Below, piece after piece: positions 60,086 through 64,000 of a stretch of 64,000 bases of DNA (its first letter is position 1; each line of letters starts with the position of its first letter). This DNA comes from the human T2T-CHM13v2.0 reference genome, Homo sapiens. Below the pieces are notes generated by a model, which saw only the letters and a list, made by a program, of their open reading frames with translations, ran no database searches and had not been told where the DNA came from. The DNA lies in assembly GCF_009914755.1 (NCBI RefSeq), contig NC_060926.1; one strand, 5' to 3'. Made by a program: the position numbers and the translations under genes.

Positions 60086-61264
60086 AAAGAATGTGTCTTT
60101 GGATGGCCTTCTGGGGAAACCGGAATGTGGTGGGATGCCAGTTAGAAGAAGACAAGAGCTCCTAGCCCTAAGACGCCTTGTATGGGGCCGCCTTGCGAGG
60201 GTGGAACCCGCCCTTGTAGCCCGGGGAGAACAGGCTCTTTGAGGCCTCTGCTTCCTCCCTTGCCCAGTGCTATGCTGTAATCAGGAGATGAGTGTGCTCC
60301 CCTTTCAAGCTTCTGATGAGTAACAGGACCAAGGCAACACGGGAAGTCAGGGTGGGGATGGGAGGTACTTTGGCTTTCCTCGCCAATGCCTGGGACCTTT
60401 CCTCTCTGAGGGGTTTGGCTGATAGGCTCTTCACTCCACGCTTGGCCTCCTTCCCTGTCACACCAGGTGGCTTTCAGAAAACACATTCCACATCATTCTT
60501 ATCTCTTGTGTGAGTCGGGCTGCCTCCTCCTCTGCACTCCCCAATAGTTCTAGTGTTGGCTCAGAGGCTCTGCTCCCTTCTCCCTGTAGGGACAGCTCAC
60601 CCATGCACTGAGAGGGAGAGGGACTAAATGTTTATGAGTATCTTTCTGTGTTGGGCACAGAGCTACAGTCTCTCTCATGTGCGTCTTCTTAAATCACATC
60701 AATACTGAACAGTGGTGGGTTTAATTTATGTATTTATTTTTTTACAAATAAAGAGGCAGAGACTTGTTGAGGTCACATAATTTGTGCAAGGTGATCCAGT
60801 AAGACTCAGATTGTCTGGCTGCTGAACCAGCACCTTTTCTTCCATAAAGTGGGACTTTATTCTTGAGGTCACAAGGCCTTTCCTGGAGAGAAACTGAGGC
60901 GTGTAAGAGGAGGAGAAAACATATCTGAAGAAAATGTCAACTGCTCTGAGAGAAGATTCTTTCAGCTGAAGCCATTAGTTCATTCAGATCATATGTACAG
61001 AGAGTCTCCTAGCACTGGCCAGGCTGCTGCCCTCATCCACCAAACCTCCCCACTTGACAGGCTCAGCCTTCAAGGAGTACTTGAAAGTGAATTCTTCTGT
61101 GTTGTCTTCCCTGACACTGCCCCAAATTGAGGCAAAGTCATGGCTTCCTCCTCTCAGCTCCCAAAACAAGTTGCATACACTTTGCACTATGGTTTTTAAT
61201 GTTAATTTAACTATGTTCTGTCTTCTAAAAATGAGAGACAAAAGGTGGGAGAAAGAGAGAGAGT

Positions 61265-62392
61265 GTGCGTTAATGTTATGTGTCAATATGATTAGGTAAC
61301 ACAGTACCCAGATATTATTTGGTTAAATATCATTCTGGGTGTGTCTGTGAGGGTGTTTCTGGATGAGATGAATTCATAGACTGAGTAAAGCACAATGCCC
61401 TTCTTCATATGAGTGGGTCTCATACAATCAACTGAAGGCCTGGATAGAACATGAAAGGGGAATAAGAAAGATCACCTCCCTCTGCCTGACTCCGAGTTGC
61501 CACATTGGTCTTCTGCCTTTGGACTCAGGCTCAGACTGGAACTTATATCGTTAGCTTGTCTGGTTCTCTGGCATTTGGACTCAGACTAAAATTATACCAT
61601 TGGCTTTCCTGGGTCCAGAGAGATCGATCCATTAATATATAAGTATATAGGATACTATTACTAATAGGATATATATTTTACATATATACACACACATATA
61701 TATATAGTATGTATATCTATTAGTATATAGAATACTATTACTAATGGATAAAAATTAGAAATAAAAGATATATTTTTATATATTTATGGATATATATTAT
61801 AATGGATCCATTACAATATTTATAATATATACCCAATAGTAATAGTATTCTATATACTAATGGATATACATATATAATATATATCCATTATTTAATAGAT
61901 ACAACATAACTCTGCATTTAGGAAGGTTCCATATATCTATATCTACATGTAGATATACTACATATACACTATATATACATATATGGTATTCTATATACTA
62001 ATGGATATCCATATATAATATATAATGGGTATATATTCTTTCTATATTCATATATGCTATATAATGGATATATATTCATTACTATATAGATTATACTATC
62101 TATTATATACTATATACTATATATGATATACATACATATAAAAAACGGAAATACATATCTGTAATATATATATATATAATGGAAATATATATCCATAATA
62201 CATATATAATGAATATATATTCTATAGTATTCTAGATACTATTGCTAATATGATATATATATTTTATATATATCCATTAGTATATAGAATATGATTACTA
62301 ATAGTACATAAGTATAGAAAACTATTAGTATATAGAATAATATTACTATTGGGACATATATATGTAATAGTAGTTCTATTTTTCTGGACAAC
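61265..62392 (+). mobile_element. MLT2 (ERVL) LTR with ~750-bp AT-rich internal expansion
   Basis: gttaatgttatgtgtcaatatgattagg..cccagatatt start; tagttctatttttctggacaac end; 61630-62370 AT-rich. Confidence 0.75.
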
Positions 62393-62428
<36 letters not shown>

Positions 62429-63559
62429 TGGGATAAATGAAGAGGGAGCAGCGGGAGACACTCCCCCACTGTTTCAGTCAGTGAGCGCGTGTCCTAGGTG
62501 GAAAATGAGACTCTGCAGTTCTGTCTGTGGGTATGAGTGGCTGCTGCCTCGAGAGGCCAAGCCCCTCACCTCACCACGAATCCTTCTAGGTCCATTGCTT
62601 TCTCACAACCTGGATCCTGGAATCAATGTAACGGCTTCACTGGGGGTTCAACTAAAGAAGGGATAACCTAGGGTCATTTTGACTCTATGTGACTTTCATT
62701 TCATCTGCATCATTTAAGAATATTGTCTTTGTGTGTAATGTGGTTCCACTATGTGTTTTTGTACATGGGTGTGCATGTGTGTGTATAACAGGAAGTAATG
62801 GGTACATATGTGACTCACTGGAATTTTTTGCCTTGACACCAAAAGCAATGTCGTTTCCTCAGTTTCCTGAGTTTACTTACAAGCAGGTTATATGAGTGAC
62901 AACTTTTCTAAGATAGCTCTAAATTATGTTTGTACTTGAAGGGGACTTATACCCTAGAACAGCACTTCCATCCACAACAGCAGCTCCCTAAGAAGCAAGG
63001 CATGTGAGTGGGAGGGATGTTGCTTGCTCTTGTCATTAGCCAAATCTTACAGATGACGGTTACTTCATCTCTTCAATCCTGTGGCCATTTTTAAAAACCT
63101 GCTAATAATGGATCTGATTGGATAAATAAATACTTTGGTTGAATACACGTTTGTCTTGTTAAGAGAGAGAGAAAGACAGACTTTCATATTCCATTGAAAG
63201 TAGAGGTAATCTGGGGTTAGAATATTCATAATCTCTGTAGTTACAGGACACATTCCATCAAGCACAACCCAAATCTGTGTGTCATAGGAGCTCCAAGATA
63301 CACGCTCTGACATAAAAGTTGAGTAAAAGATAAATGATTTCTGCCCCACAGAGGAGGCCTGGTGAAGGCTGATGCCGATACACAAGCACCGTTCCAAATT
63401 AAGTTTCAATGTGTAGAAAGGAAGTCGTGATACTCACTTGTAGCCACGTAGCTTATTAGATTTTCAAAGACCTTTCCCATGCTTATTCTCCCTGATCCTC
63501 AGTCCTCCAGCAGAACTGAGAAAGTTCTGCTTTCAGAAAGTTCAGGAACCATAGTTTTC

Positions 63560-63830
63560 TGCACCAATTCCATAAATATTTGTTGAGTACTAATATGCAC
63601 TAACTTCTTTGCCTAAGACTGAGGATATAGAAACAAATAAAACTGTCACCATTCTTGACCTCATGAAGCCTACATTCTAGTGGGGAAGACAGTCTGAACA
63701 AAGAATTATAAGTTGGCATCTGTCACCTAAGGAGAATGGGTTGCTATAGAAGAATATTGGTAGGGGATCTAATAGTGGTGGTCATGGATGGAATAATGGA
63801 GAGAATCACATTTAAGCTGTGTCCCCCCGA
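63560..63830 (-). mobile_element. L2 fragment
   Basis: cataaatatttgttgagtacta..cctcatgaagcctacattctagtggggaagac. Confidence 0.6.
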
Positions 63831-63904
63831 AGTTCTGACACATGGAGTGAATAAACGGAGCCATTGCTAACTGGGGAAGTAAAGTTTGTTCATCAAAAGG
63901 CAGG

Positions 63905-64000
63905 TGTATTAGTCAGGGTACTTTAGAGGGACAAAACTAATAGAGTATTAGTTTTATTAGTGAGAACTAATTTATATAATAATAAAATATTACATATTAT
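63905..64000 (-). mobile_element. 3' end of an MLT2 LTR running out of the window
   Basis: tgtattagtcagggtactttagagggacaaaactaatag followed by AT-rich sequence. Confidence 0.65.

Noticed and set aside
60120-60480. GC-richer patch with several CpGs next to the L1PA2
   Set aside because: Too short and CpG-sparse for an island, with no convincing motif cluster
63065-63409. 114-aa minus-strand ORF in unique sequence
   Set aside because: Non-ATG start in the sequence, no recognisable domain or exon structure; the length is compatible with chance

Overview
Primate (very likely human) non-coding genomic DNA, either a gene desert or a very long intron. I find no credible protein-coding gene: the ORFs come from Alu, L1, LTR or microsatellite sequence, or are short ORFs with no recognisable product. 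A large part of the window is interspersed repeats: about 17 Alus (AluJ/S/Y), old L1M fragments, two 5'-inverted (twin-primed) L1s with readable target-site duplications (TSDs), solo MaLR/ERVL LTRs (MLT1, MST/THE1, MLT2), a Charlie1-type hAT fossil, MIR/L2 and many simple repeats. Repeat subfamily names are from recalled consensus sequences, not a RepeatMasker run. The most interesting unique sequence is a series of short, repeat-free islands dense in transcription-factor motifs (about 1.7 kb, 12.6 kb and 18.9 kb with haematopoietic GATA/E-box/RUNX/MYB/ETS/CEBP motifs; about 53.6 kb; about 56.1 kb with a POU/homeobox signature). Together they look like a modular enhancer cluster, possibly with lncRNA exons. 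Other oddities are a 27-bp minisatellite with a polar A-to-G gradient, an AT-rich inverted-repeat expansion inside an MLT2 LTR, and an Alu with a hairpin replacement next to its B box. I cannot identify the locus from sequence alone, and I see no evidence for a wholly new multi-gene system.
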